DNA from: the human T2T-CHM13v2.0 reference genome, Homo sapiens
Assembly (NCBI RefSeq): GCF_009914755.1
Contig: NC_060947.1
DNA: 64,000 nucleotides
Strand: one strand, 5' to 3'
Shown: positions 28,868-44,191 of the stretch, piece by piece
How the letters are laid out: every line of letters begins with the position of its first letter
How positions within the stretch are numbered: the stretch's first letter is position 1
The notes under the pieces: model-generated
Told to the model about the DNA's origin: nothing
Seen by the model: only the letters and a program-made list of their open reading frames with translations
The model's database searches: none
Position numbers and translations under genes: made by a program

Positions 28868-29396
28868 AAGGGCAATGTGACCCCTTGACTTATCATCCCC
28901 TGAAATCTCCAAAACGTAGATCTTGGGTGTTATGAAATATATAAGAACTTTGGGACCTGCTAACCCAAAATTGGAAGATGATGTTAATTTTTCCATCTTT
29001 ACTATAAAACCTAGCAGTTCAACAGCCAACAATAGCAACTGAATAAAACTAAAAATCGGAGCGGTCAACTTCATGAGCAAACTGGACGGCAGGCTTGTTA
29101 TCAGGGGGTGGGTTGGTAGGTAGCAAATGAAATATTGAATAAAAGCTATGGTCCAAAAGCCACAAATGGAAGGCACTGAAGACATTACCAAGCAGGGTTG
29201 ATGGGTGGGCCCACACAACATACATATCTATAGACAAATCAAGTGAAGCAGTCATTCTCTCAGTCTTGCTACAAGATATGGTAGGTGGCCAATGTCAGTC
29301 CTGCTAATATCTGGGCTCCAACAGAATACATTGGAAATCTCAATCTAGTCTCTTTAAAATGAAGCCAATCCACTGCCTTCAAAAATCACACCTCTG

Positions 29397-29718
29397 GGCC
29401 AAACATGGTGGCTCACACCTTTAATCCCAGCACTTTGGGAGGCCCAGGCAGGAGGATTGCTTGAGCCCAGGAGTTTGAGAAAAGCCTTGGCAACATACTG
29501 AGACCTCGTCTCTAAAGAAAAATACAAAAATTAGCCAAGTGTGGTGGTACACACTTGTAGTCCCAGTTACTCGGGAGGCTGAAGTGGGAGGATAGCTAGA
29601 GTTCAGGAGGTCGAGGTTGCAGTGAGCCAAGATCACGCTACTGCACTCCAGCCTGAGAGACAGAGCAAAACCCTGTCAAAAACAAAACAAAACAAAACAA
29701 AACAAAACAAAACAAAAC
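29397..29718 (+). mobile_element. Alu (AluJ-like), (CAAAA)n tail
   Basis: dimeric Alu. Confidence 0.9.
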
Positions 29719-29969
29719 ACCCAAATATTCCCAAATCTGAATGGACAAGGAGCTTATATCAAAGAATTTTTTTTTTGAGTAAATAGAATAACCTTATGTT
29801 ACAGAACACAAGGGTTATGGGGTTTCATTTTCTATGTCAAACCAAGCTTGTTTAAAAGAAACCTCAAAAAGCCACTTAATTCAGAGCTATAGAGAAAGCA
29901 CAACATTCAATAAACTCAGCAATGGTGAACATCAAATAATTTGCTGTGGCAATAAAACAAAACAAAAAA

Positions 29970-30400
29970 ATTATTTTATTGAAAACTTTTAAGTTCACGG
30001 GTGCATGTGAATGTTCCATAGGTAAACTTGTGTCTTGTGGGTGTGTTGCACAGATTATTTCATCACCTGGGTATTGAGCTTAGTCCCCATTAGTTATTTT
30101 TCCTGATCCTCTCCCTCCTCCCTCCCTCCACTCTCTGAAAGGCCACAGTGTGTGTTGCTCCCTTCTATGTGTCCATGTGTTCTCATAGTTTAGCTCCCAC
30201 TTATAAGTGGGAACATGTGATATTTGGTTTTCTGTTCCTGCATTAGTTGGCTGAGGATAATGGCCTCCAGCTCCATTCATGTTCCTGCAAAGGACATGAT
30301 CTTGTTCTTTTTTATGGCTGCATAGTATTCTGTGGTGTATATGTACCACATTTTCTTTATCTAGTCCATGTTGATGGGCATTTAGGCTTATTCCCATTCA
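29970..30400 (-). mobile_element. L1PA (older) 3' end
   Basis: TTTAGCTCCCACTTATAAGTGGGAACATG, TTTATGGCTGCATAGTATTC. Confidence 0.85.
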
Positions 30401-30951
30401 AATGCAATCATGGTGCTAACATAGTGCTATGAGATCTTGAGATGTGCCAAAATATAAAATAGAACATGAGATCTTTTTGGAAACAAATGCCTATAATGGA
30501 GTGGGAGGCATTTATGTGAAGCCTTTTATGTGTAATAGTAGCCAAGATAGAGCTAAAAACAAATGTGTACAGTTACTTTCTCCACTCAAAGACAATGGTG
30601 TTAGATACAAGACCAGATATCCCCATCCCGCTGTGTTTTGTTGGTCAAAACAGAGTGAGTGGGGAATTTGATTCAAACTCATCACCACTGTTGTTTAAAC
30701 AGAGAAGACCAAGTGCCATTGATGGTTTGAGCTAGTTTAAATGGTTAGAAAAGGCAGAAGATGTAAATTAAAGTTTTGTTCTGGTCTTTCAAAACCTTCT
30801 GTAAACTGAAACCCTACTGAGCCATCCCACCCTTCTTACTATCCACCCTAATACTATCTTAGGCATATACATCCTCTATCTTCTACTGTGATATCTTTAC
30901 ATTGTATTGCTCTTCTGTTGCTGTATGTCAAATATCTGGAAATGTACACAC

Positions 30952-31259
30952 TTTTTTTTTTTTGAGACAGGGTCTTGATCTGTCAATTAGGCTGGAGTGC
31001 AGTGGCAAGATTACAGCTCACTGCAGCCTTGACCTCCCGAACTCACGTGATCTTCCTGCCCTAGCTGCCTGAGTAGCTACTCAGGCCTGGGACTACAGGC
31101 ATGTGGCACCACGCCTGGCTAATTTTTGTATTTTTTGTAAAGATGGGGTTTTGCAATGTTGCCCAGGCTGGTCTCAAACTCCTGGACTCAAGCAATTCAT
31201 CCGCTTCAGCCTCCCAAAGTGTTGGGATTACAGGTGTGGGCCACCATGCCCTGCCAGGC
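30952..31259 (-). mobile_element. Alu (AluJ-like)
   Basis: reverse-complement Alu. Confidence 0.88.
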
Positions 31260-31264
31260 TATGT

Positions 31265-32311
31265 CTTTTATGGAAACCCAACTGAAGAAAGGATTGCATT
31301 CAAGCTCCCTTAGGTAGTCGGAAAAGTCCGTTTACTGGGAAAAGTCCACTCTAGGAGCTTAGTGTGGTCCCCCGCCAACAGTCAGCAAGAAAGCACAAGA
31401 CTGAGGTCTCTGTTTTCTTGCTGACTGTTGGCCGGGGACCACACTCAGTTCCTCCCTAGAGGCTGCCCCCGGGTCCTTGCCCTGTGGACCCCTTCACAGG
31501 CAGTTCTAAGCATGGCTGTTTGCTTTTTCAAAGTCAGCAAGAGAAAGACCAGCAAGAGAATCTTAATTAATTTGAATCTCTCCCTCAGGGAAGGCTTGAA
31601 ACTGTTTTTAAAGACTCACCTGATTAGGTGTGGCCCACTCAAAATCATCTTAAAGTCATGACTCAAAGTCAGTTTGATTAGAGACCTTAATTACATGTTC
31701 AGAATCTCTTTACTTGCCCATCAATGGTAGGCTGATGAAAGAAAATGTGGTATATATACACTGTGGAATACTATGCAGCCATAAAAAAGATTGAGATCAT
31801 GGCTTTTGCAGGAACATGGATGGAACTGGAGGCCATTATCCTTAGCAAATTAACATAGGAACAGAAAGCCAAATACTGCATGTTCTCACTTATATGTAGG
31901 AACTAAATGATGAGAACACATGGTTGCATAGTGAGGAACAACACACACACTGGGGCCTACTTGAGGGTGGAGGGTTGGAGGAAGAATGGGATCAGGACAA
32001 ATAACTAATGGATAGTAGGCTTAGAACCTGGGCGATGAAATAATCTGTATAACAAACCCCATGACACAAGTTTACCTATATAACAAACCTTCACATATGC
32101 CCCTGAACCTAAAATAAAAGTTAAAAAAAAATAACAAACATACTACATACTATTACCATATGCCATCCCCGACCAAAAAACCCCAATAAAATCTCTTTAC
32201 CTTTGCCATATAATATACCTTAATCAAAGGATTGACTAGACCATTATATTCTTAGCATCCACAGCAGGAAGTAGAAATCATGGGGAGCATCTTAAAAACT
32301 CTTCCGACCAC
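31265..32311 (-). mobile_element. MaLR LTR (MLT1D/E-like), interrupted by L1 31714-32189
   Basis: GACTGAGGTCTCTGTTTTCTTGCTGACTGTTGGCC, CTCACCTGATTAGG, GAGACCTTAATTACA motifs. Confidence 0.65.
31714..32189 (+). mobile_element. 5'-truncated L1PA 3' end
   Basis: GAAAATGTGGTATATATACAC...CCCCTGAACCTAAAATAAAAGTTAAAA; AATCTCTTTAC at 31703-31713 and 32190-32200. Confidence 0.85.
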
Positions 32312-33137
32312 TGTCCACCTCTGACCACTAATGGTATACATCCTTTCCAAACACAAAATGCATTCACATCCTTCAATGCTCCCAGGAGTCTCCCCCTACT
32401 CTTCTTGAAAGGATGTCACCCTCTATCTCTAAGCTGTTCTTGAGTCCCCAACTTACACTGGCTTCAATTATTTAAAAGTTTATTTTTCACAATAAATTGA
32501 GTCACGTATGTTTGTTTTTCTCCCTTGCTACTTTGAGGGTAGAAACATTCCTTGTGTTTCTTTGGCAGATCACAGAAGCTAAAATGTAGCTCAGAAAAAT
32601 TGTGTACAACTCACAAATACTTGTTCATTGACTGGACAATTTTGCAGGGTGAGACTGCGAAAATTAAGGGCCCCTAAAAATAATAAACTTAAGAGATGGA
32701 ACAAATATGTAAGAAAGAGCCATGAAAACTGAATTCTCAAGTAATTCACGATGGCTGAAATACTTAGGATATTATATTATCCTAATACAGTCTAAAAAAT
32801 TCTAATATGTATATTAATGATCTCATTATGATAGTGAGATTAATAGATATATTAATGATATCAAGGTGAGGGAAAATTGTGAGCTATGTGAGATGTTCTT
32901 CAAGCATCAGCAACTTCATAGTTGAGGTAATCCAATAGGGAGATACATTTTTAAAAAGTCTCTTGGGGATGGAGCGTTAAAATCTTTGATACAGAGAAAA
33001 ATTCTGCAAAAGTGTGAATTAGAAACTCTACACTCCTCTCTGTGGCATCGCCAGATTGTTTTAATGCATGTGCATTCTCAAACAGCCAAAAAGCAAACAA
33101 ATATTTCACAGGGTTGATTAGCGTCTGCCTTCGATAA

Positions 33138-33532
33138 AAAGAAAAAAAAAATGGGAGCGCTAGAGGGAGCTCTTGCGCTGTGGAAGATAGATACCAAAGC
33201 AGTCCTGCATGATTCTTTCCCGCTTGGACAAAAATAAATGAATAAGAATGAAAACAAACCCCGACAGTTAGAAAAGAAGAGCTACTTTTATTCTCAGTGA
33301 CTTGATGATCACAGCCTACCCTGCTGAGGTTGGGAAAGAAAAAAAAAATTGGGAGCGATAGAGGGAGCTCTTGCCCTGTGGAAGATAGATACCAAAGCAG
33401 TCCTGCATGGTTCTTTCCCACTTGGACAAAAATAAATAAGAATGAAAACAAACCCCGACAGTTAGAAAAGAAGAGCTACTTTTATTCTCGGTGACTTGAT
33501 GATCACAGCCTACCCTGCTGAGGTTGGGAAAG
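33138..33532. repeat. tandem duplication, 2 x ~197 bp
   Basis: 33138-33334 repeated at 33335-33528; about 5 substitutions and 2 small indels; AAAG at all three boundaries. Confidence 0.95.
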
Positions 33533-34107
33533 GCTCTGTGGGTTTGCTTTGCTGGAGCCATTAGTGTTCAGGGAGCAAGCAGTGCAGGGCTGAGCTGCCC
33601 AAGTCAGCAGCCTAATTAATCTCGCAGGCTCAGTGGGAACCTTTGGGTTTATTCATTAGCTGCAAGGGTGAAGCCAGACGCATGTGTTCACGCTGAGGCA
33701 AAATGAGGGCAGAGCAAACAGGGGTAAGTGCATGGGTCTGCATGTGTCAGAGAGTGAGATGAGGAAGGAAAAGAACTTGGACATCCATCATCAAAGGCAA
33801 AACAAACCTGGCAGACCTGTTTCACCACCTTCCAATCAATACGTCTTATCTATTCAAATTTTCTGCACGCTGCACCAACATTCGTTTGCTGATAGATTCT
33901 AGATTGTGTGCACCCGTGCATCAAAATGAAGGCATGGTCTTCCCCGCACTTTGGGGAAAAGGACATCATTGCCGTCAGACACTTGATACAAAATATTAGT
34001 TCTAGCCAAGTGTTCAAAACTCTAGCAAGTGCATATAAATGAACTGTTTTTGTTTGTTCTTTGTGTTTTTATCCTTACATCTGGTGGGACATTTTCTTGA
34101 GTAGCTC

Positions 34108-34865
34108 TTTTTTTTTTTTTTTTAAGTTTTATTGAGGTATAATTGCTCTGCAAAAGAGGCACATATTTAATGTATACAATTTGATGAGTTTGGACACATG
34201 TGTGCACCCATTTTACTGTTGGGACTGCTGTTGTGAAACCTCAGTTCTTGTCTTCTTAGTTTCAAAGAATTTAAACAAGAGACACACAGCAAGGGACATG
34301 CAGCATAGAGCAATTTCTTGTAAAGGAAAAAGAATATTTTGAAAGTTTGGTGCAGAATAGACAGTACACCCTGAGAGAGAGAAATTTCAGGGCAGGCTTC
34401 TCATAAGGGTGAGACAGTATTGATTATTGCTGGAGAAACTCCCTTTATGGGAGTCTTACATGGTGATTCATAAGGGGATGGGAGAGGTGTTGCTAGTAAG
34501 CATGTTCTGGGTGGTCCTCTGGGTGCACATGCCCAGTAGCTGTACATGCTTGTTCATGGACTGCAGGTCTCATTAGCATCTTATATCTCTACCGAGGGGT
34601 ATTTTTTAACTATTAAAATGAGCAAAGGGTCAGTTTGAGGACAGGTAAAATAAAAATGCACGTGGTCTCTAGAAGGGAAAGTCCCTACTGAAGATAGCTT
34701 AGCTTGAATGAGCTCAATGACAATGCAAATGCTGAGGTTTATTGTGTTGATTGTATGGTCACCAGAGTTGCTGTGTCCCGAGGACACGGTCACTTTCTTT
34801 AATACTATCGTCACTATCAAGATAAGAAACATACCCATTACCTCCAAAAGCTTTTTCTGTCCCTT
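34108..34865 (-). mobile_element. L1MB-like 3' end interrupted by an ERV1 LTR (~34218-34800, subfamily uncertain)
   Basis: poly-T + TTTATTGAGGTATAATTG...ATACAATTTGATGAGTTTGG; LTR-like segment; L1 resumes ACTATCAAGATAAGAAACATACCCATTACC. Confidence 0.55.
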
Positions 34866-34905
34866 TTTCTTTTTCGGATTTTTCTTGAGTGTGTGTGTGT
34901 ATATG

Positions 34906-35673
34906 TGAGGACTAAACTCTGATTTCTTATCTTGCCCAAATTCCCATCTCAAGAGTCTGGGGAGCCATGCCCTACAAACCATAAATTCTCATCAGATGGT
35001 TTCATTTAACCCTATATATTGTGACTTACCTTCCAATATGACTCTGGCATAATGTTACATGACAAAGAAGAAAATAAAAATATTTTACCCCAAAACATGT
35101 TTCTTTGCCATATTTTGAAATGGCTTTGCAAAGCCATCCTTTGCGGGGGAAAATGTGCATCTGTAAAGAATCTCTATTCACATAGCTAGATCTTTTTCTT
35201 CCAGGCCCTCCTAATGCTGAAGAGATTAACTGAGAGTCTAGCACGTTTTAAAGGGTCTGAATAGGAAATATTTGTCATCTATTATCTCTAAGGGCAGCCA
35301 CTATGAGACTTCAAAAGAACCTTGGTCTTCACAGTCTTTTATCTTAACCTGAACATTTCCTTTCTATTGATCCCAGGTCTTTAGATGAACTCAACCAATT
35401 GTCAACCAGAAAATGTTTAAATTTACCTATAGCCTGGAAGCCCCCTACTTTGAATTGTCCTGCCTTTCTGGACCAAACCAATGTATTTCTCAAATGTATC
35501 TGATTGATGTCTCATGCCTCCCTAAAATGTATAAAACCAAGCTGCGCCCCAGCCGCCTTGGGCACATGTTCTCAGGACCTCCTGAGGGCTGTGTCATGGG
35601 CCATGGTCACTTGTATTTGGCTCAGAATAAATATTTTCAAATACTTTACAGAGTTTGACTCTTTTTGTTGACA
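34906..35673 (+). mobile_element. MER4-family LTR
   Basis: TGAGGACTAAACTCTGA start; GGGCACATGTTCTCAGGACCTCCTGAGGGCTGTGTCA; ends TTTACAGAGTTTGACTCTTTTTGTTGACA. Confidence 0.8.
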
Positions 35674-36425
35674 ACGTGTGTGATAAGAACACACAACATG
35701 AGATTTATCCCCCTCTTAACAAGTTTTTAAGTGTAAAAATACTGCATGATTCCATTTGTTTTGTTATGATATATGTTGGTTTTTGTTCATTGGTCCTGGC
35801 CCATAACTCCCATAGCCCTGGTTACAGTCTTTTTTCATAATATTGGGTGTTTTCAGGCCTCAGGGGCAGGTCTTTCACCTTCTCCTGCATTCCTTTCATT
35901 CTAATGTTCCCCTGCCTTTCTGAGTGTGGGTTTCAAGACCCTCCTGATACAGACAGGAAACAGGGAAATATCGGGTAGAAGAGGGCGGTTCCCCTGCAAA
36001 TGCGTCACCCTCAAGCCTGGAAACCTGTGACCCTAACTGGGAACAGGCATTCCCGTTTTTGCACCCAAAAGTTGCCTTTTGGCCCACCACACCCATCTAT
36101 CCTGTACCCATATAAATCCCAAACCCCCGGTTCCAGAAGGAGATGAGAGACGAACAGAAGAGCAGAGGAGTGGCAGAACGGTATGGCAGAGAGAAGAAAA
36201 GAGGCATCTGAACGCTGAGAGGAGTTCAGCTGGGGATGGTCGGAGAGGAGATAGGCCATGGGCAGCCAAACTCCAGGGGAAGACCATCTTCCCACTCCAT
36301 CCCCCCTTCCAGCTCCCCATCCATCTTGCTGAGAACCACCTCCACCACTCAATACAACCCCCACACTCATCTTTTAAGTCCTTGTGTGACCTAATTGTTC
36401 CGGGATGCTGGACAAGAGCTCGGGA

Positions 36426-36867
36426 TAAGGAGGAGACCACCCCTCATATTGTCTTATGCCCAATTTCTGCCTCCAAAGAAAGAAGAAGTAAAAACTAAAA
36501 GGCAGAAATGAAATCCACAAGCAGACAGCCCCGCACCACACCCTGGGCCTGGTAATTAAAGATCGACCCCTGACCTAATCGGTTATTTGTATAAGAAAAG
36601 CACTGTGAAGATCCCTGTCCTGTTCTGTTCCGTTCTAATTACTGGTGCATGCAGCCCCCAGTCACGTACCCTCTGCTTGCTCAATTGATCACGACCCTCT
36701 CATGCTGACCCCCTTAGAGTTGTGAGCCCTTAAAAGGGACAGGAATTGCTCACTCAGGGAGCTCGGCTGTTGGAGACGTGAGTCTTGCCAAAGCTCCTGG
36801 CCAAATAAAGCCCTTCCTTCTTTAACTCAGTGTCTGAGAGGTTTTGTCTGTGGCTTGTCCTGCTACA
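36426..36867 (+). promoter_or_regulatory. HERV-E 5' LTR (LTR2 family)
   Basis: TAAGG...GCTACA; CCCTTAAAAGGG TATA-like; AATAAA 36804-36809; ~21-bp deletion relative to 3' LTR. Confidence 0.93.
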
Positions 36868-36872
36868 TTTCT

Positions 36873-36890
36873 TGGTTCCCTGACCGGGAA
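36873..36890 (+). other. primer-binding site, tRNA-Glu
   Basis: TGGTTCCCTGACCGGGAA = exact complement of the 3' 18 nt of tRNA-Glu(CTC)+CCA. Confidence 0.95.
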
Positions 36891-37130
36891 GTGAGGTGAT
36901 TAACGGACGGTTGAGGCAGCCCCTTAGGCGGCTTAGGCCTGCCCCGTGGAGCATCCCTGTGGGAGACTGCGGCCAGCTTGAGTGACGCAGATCCTGAGTG
37001 TGCTCCCAGGTAGGCAATTGCCCCGGTGGAATGCCTTGCCAGAGCAGTGCGTGGCAGGCCCCCGTGGAGGATCAATGCAGCAGTTGAACACTGGAAAGGA
37101 ACTGGCACTTGGAGTCTGGACATCTGAAAC

Positions 37131-37139
37131 TTGGTAAGA
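37131..37139 (+). promoter_or_regulatory. HERV-E leader splice donor
   Basis: TTG|GTAAGA ~245 nt downstream of PBS. Confidence 0.7.
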
Positions 37140-37220
37140 CTAGTCTTTGGAACTTGCCCCACTCCATCTGAGTGGAAGTGTGGCCTGATCACCCACAGTG
37201 TGCCTGTACCAGCACTTCAG

Positions 37221-40570
<3,350 letters not shown>

Positions 40571-43500
40571 AGGGGACCGGGCTCAAGTGCCCCCAAGGAG
40601 CCCACGGTCAGGATTACAACTGGGGGCAAGGACATTAAGTTTTTGGTGGATACTGGTGCCGAACATTCAGTAGTGACCACTCCGGTCGCCCCTTTATCCA
40701 AGAAAACCATTGATATAATGGGAGCAACAGGAGTTTCCACTAAGCAGGCTTTCTGTCTACTGCGGACCTGCTTGGTGGGGGGACATGAAATAGTTCAGTT
40801 CTTGTACATGCCTGACTATCCTTTGCCCTTGCTGGGAAGAGACTTGCTTAGCAAGATGATAGCCATCATCCCCTTTACAAAACAGGGCTCTTTACAGCTA
40901 AAGTTACCGGGAACAGGAATTATGGCCCTTATAGTCCCTCGGGAAGAAGAATGGAGACTTTTTCTAACTAAGCCAGGCCAAGAGATAAAACCAGCTCTAG
41001 CTAAGTGATGGCCCCGAGTATGGGTGGAGGATAATCCTCCGGGACTGGCAGTCAACCAAGCCACCGTACTCATAGAAGTTAAGCCTGGGGCCCAACTAAT
41101 TAGACAAAAGCAGTATCCAGTTTCCAGGGAAGCTCTCGAAGGAATCCAGGTTCATCTCAGGCGCTTGAAAGCCTTTGGAATTATAGCTCCTTGCCAGTCT
41201 CTATGGAACACCCCCCTCCTCCCTGTCCCTAAGCCAGGGACCAAGGACTATCGATCCGTACAGGACTTGCGCTTGGTCAACCAAGCTACAGTGAATGTGC
41301 ACCCGACAGTTCCTAACCCTTACACATTGTTAGGATTGCTGCTGCCAGCTGAGGACAGCTGGTTTACCTGTCTGGACTTTAAAGATGCCTTCTTTAGCAT
41401 CAGAATAGCTCCTGAGAGCCAGAAGCTGTTTGCCTTTCAGTGGGAAGATCCGGAGTCAGGTGTCACTACTCAGTACACTTGGACCCAGCTTCCCCAAGGG
41501 TTCCAGGACTCCCCTGCTAGCTTTGGGGAGGCCCTGGCTCGAGACCTGCAAAAGTTTCCTGCTAAAGACCTGGGCTGCGTCTTGCTCCTGTACGTGGACA
41601 ACCTTCTGCTGGGACACTCCACGGCAGTTGGGTGCGCAAAACAGACGGATGCCCTGCTTCAGCACCTGAAGGACTGTGGGTATAAGGTGTCCAAGAAGAA
41701 AGCTCAGATCTGCAGACAGCAGGTAAGCTACTTGGGATTCACTATTCAGAAAGGGAAGCGCAGCCTGGGGTCAGAAAGAAAGCAGGTCATCTGCAGCCTA
41801 CCAGAACCTAGAACCAGAAGGCAAGTAAGGGAATTCCTAGGAGCTGTGGGGTTTTGCAGATTATGGATTCCAAACTTTGCAGTGCTAGCCAAACCTTTGT
41901 ACAAGGTTACAAAGGGGGATGACCGAGAGCCTCTATGAGCCTCTTTGAATGGGGGCCTCTACAACAGCAAACCTTTTGTAAGTTAAAGGAAAAACTTATG
42001 TTGGCCCCAGTCCTAGGACTACCAGATTTGACAAAGCCCTTTTCACTCTATGTGTCAGAAAGAGAAAAAATGTCAGTTGGAGTTTTAACCCAGACTGTGG
42101 GGCCCTGGCCAAGGCCAGTGGCCTATCTCTGAAAACTACTAGGTGGGGTTTCCAAAGGCTGGCCACCATGTCTAAGGGCCCTGGCAGCAACAGCCCTTTG
42201 AACACAAGAAGCAGATAAACTAACCCTTGGGCAAAACCTGAATATAAAGGCCCTCCATGCTGTGGTAACTTTGATGAATAGCAAAGGACATCATTGGCTA
42301 ACAAATGCTAGATTAACCAAGTACCAAAGCTTGCTATGTGAAAATCCCCACATAATCATTGAAGTCTGTAACACCCTAAATCCCGCCACCCTGCTCCCAG
42401 TATCAGAGAGCCCGGTAGAGCATAACTGTGTAGAGGTGTTGGACTCAGTTTATTCCAGCAGTCCTGACCTTCGGGACCAGCCATGGGCATCAGTAGACTG
42501 GGAGTTGTACGTGGACGGGAGCAGCTTCATCAACCCACAAGGAGAAAGATGTGCAGGATATGCGGTGGTAACTTTGGATGCTGTCATTGAAGCCAAACCG
42601 TTGCCACAGGGCACTTCAGCCCAGAAGGCTGAGCTCATTGCTTTAACTCGGGCTCTAGAGCTCAGTGAAGGTAAGACTGTAAACATCTACACTGACTCTC
42701 ACTATGCCTTTCTAACCCTCCAAGTGCATGGAGCATTATATAAGTAAAAGGGCCTGTTAAACTCTGGGGGAAAGGACATAAAATATCAACAAGAAATTCT
42801 ACAATTACTAGAGGCAGTGTGGAAACCTCAGAAGGTGGCAGTCTTGCACTGCAGGGGACACCAGCGAGCCTCCATCTCAGTGGCCTTAGGAAACTCTCGA
42901 GCTGATTCAGAAGCTCAAAAAGCAGCGTCTACCCCTTACCGGGCATTGGTAGCAGCCCCCTTACTCCCTTAAACACCTGACCTGGTACCTACCTATTCTA
43001 AGGAAGAAAAAGACTTTTTCCATGCAGGAGGGAGGTAAGTAATAAAAGGAGGATGGATCAGACTGCCAGATGGGAGAGTAGCTGTGCCGCAGTTGCTGGG
43101 AGCCACATTCATATTGGCCATGCACGAAACCACTTATCTAGGTCAAGAGTCACTTGAAAAATTGTTAGGCCAGTACTTCTACATCTCACACTTGCCAGCC
43201 CTTGCCAAAGCAGTAGCACAACAGTGCGTTACTTGCCAACAGCACAATGAGAGGCAAGGCCCCAGTGTTCCACCTGGCATACAAGCTTATGGAGTGGCTC
43301 CTTTTGAGGATCTTCAGGTGGATTTCACAGAAATGCCAAAATGTGGAGGTAACAAGTATTTGCTTGTTCGTGTGTGTACTTACTCTGGATGGGTGGAGGC
43401 TTATCCAACACCAACTGAAAAGGCCTACGAGGTAACCCGTGTGCTTCTCTGAGATCTTATTCCTAGGTTTGTACTGCCCTTAAGAATCGACTCAGATAAC

Positions 43501-44170
43501 GGGCTGGCGTTTGTGGCTGACTTGGTACAGAAGACAGCAAAGGCATTAGGAATCACTTGGAAGCTACATGCCGCCTACCAACTTCAGAGTTCCAGAAAGG
43601 TGGAGCGAATGAATCAGACTATCAAAAATAGTTTAGGGAAAGTATGCCAGGAAACAGGATTAAAGTGGATACAGGCCCTTCCTATGGTATTGTTTAAAAT
43701 TAGATGCACTCCTTATAAGAAAACAGGATACTGCCCTTATGAAATACTGTATCATAGGCCTCCTCCTATACTATGGGGACTTCTAGGCACTCCCTGAGAG
43801 TTAGGTGGAATTGAATTACAGTGTCAGCTACAGGCTTTGGGAAAAATTACACAGACAATCTCAACTTGGGCAAATGAGAGGTGTCCCATCTGCTTATTCT
43901 CCCCAGTTCACCCTTTCTCTCCAAGTGATCGCATGTGGATCAAGGACTGGAACGTAGCCCCTTTGCGGCCACGGTGGAAAGGACCTCAGACCATCATCCT
44001 GACCACCCCCACGGCTGCAAAGATAGAAGGAATCCCAGCATGGATCCACCACAGCTGTGTGAAACCTGCAGCCAATGAAACCTGGGAGGCAAAACCGAGC
44101 CCGGACAACCCCTGCAAAGTGACTCTGAGGAGGACGACAAGCCCTGTTCCAGTCACACCCAGAAGCTGAC
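40571..44170 (+). pseudogene. pol: HERV-E pro-pol remnant (protease, RT, RNase H, integrase), multiple stops/frameshifts
   Basis: LVDTGAEHS; LPQGF and YVDN (YxDD mutated); LYVDGSS; HETTY...CVTC, LQVDF, WKGP; ~10-bp duplication frameshift near 41927-41945. Confidence 0.93.
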
Positions 44171-44191
44171 TGGTCTACGCATGGCTGAAGC

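Noticed and set aside
33303-33327. TGATGA...CTGA (box C/D-like) in each copy of the tandem duplication
   Set aside because: Only ~15 nt between boxes and no terminal stem; too short for a snoRNA.
33138-33532. Repeat array possibly CRISPR-like
   Set aside because: Eukaryotic DNA; two long adjacent copies without spacers.
36873-36890. tRNA gene
   Set aside because: Only the 18-nt PBS complementary to tRNA-Glu.
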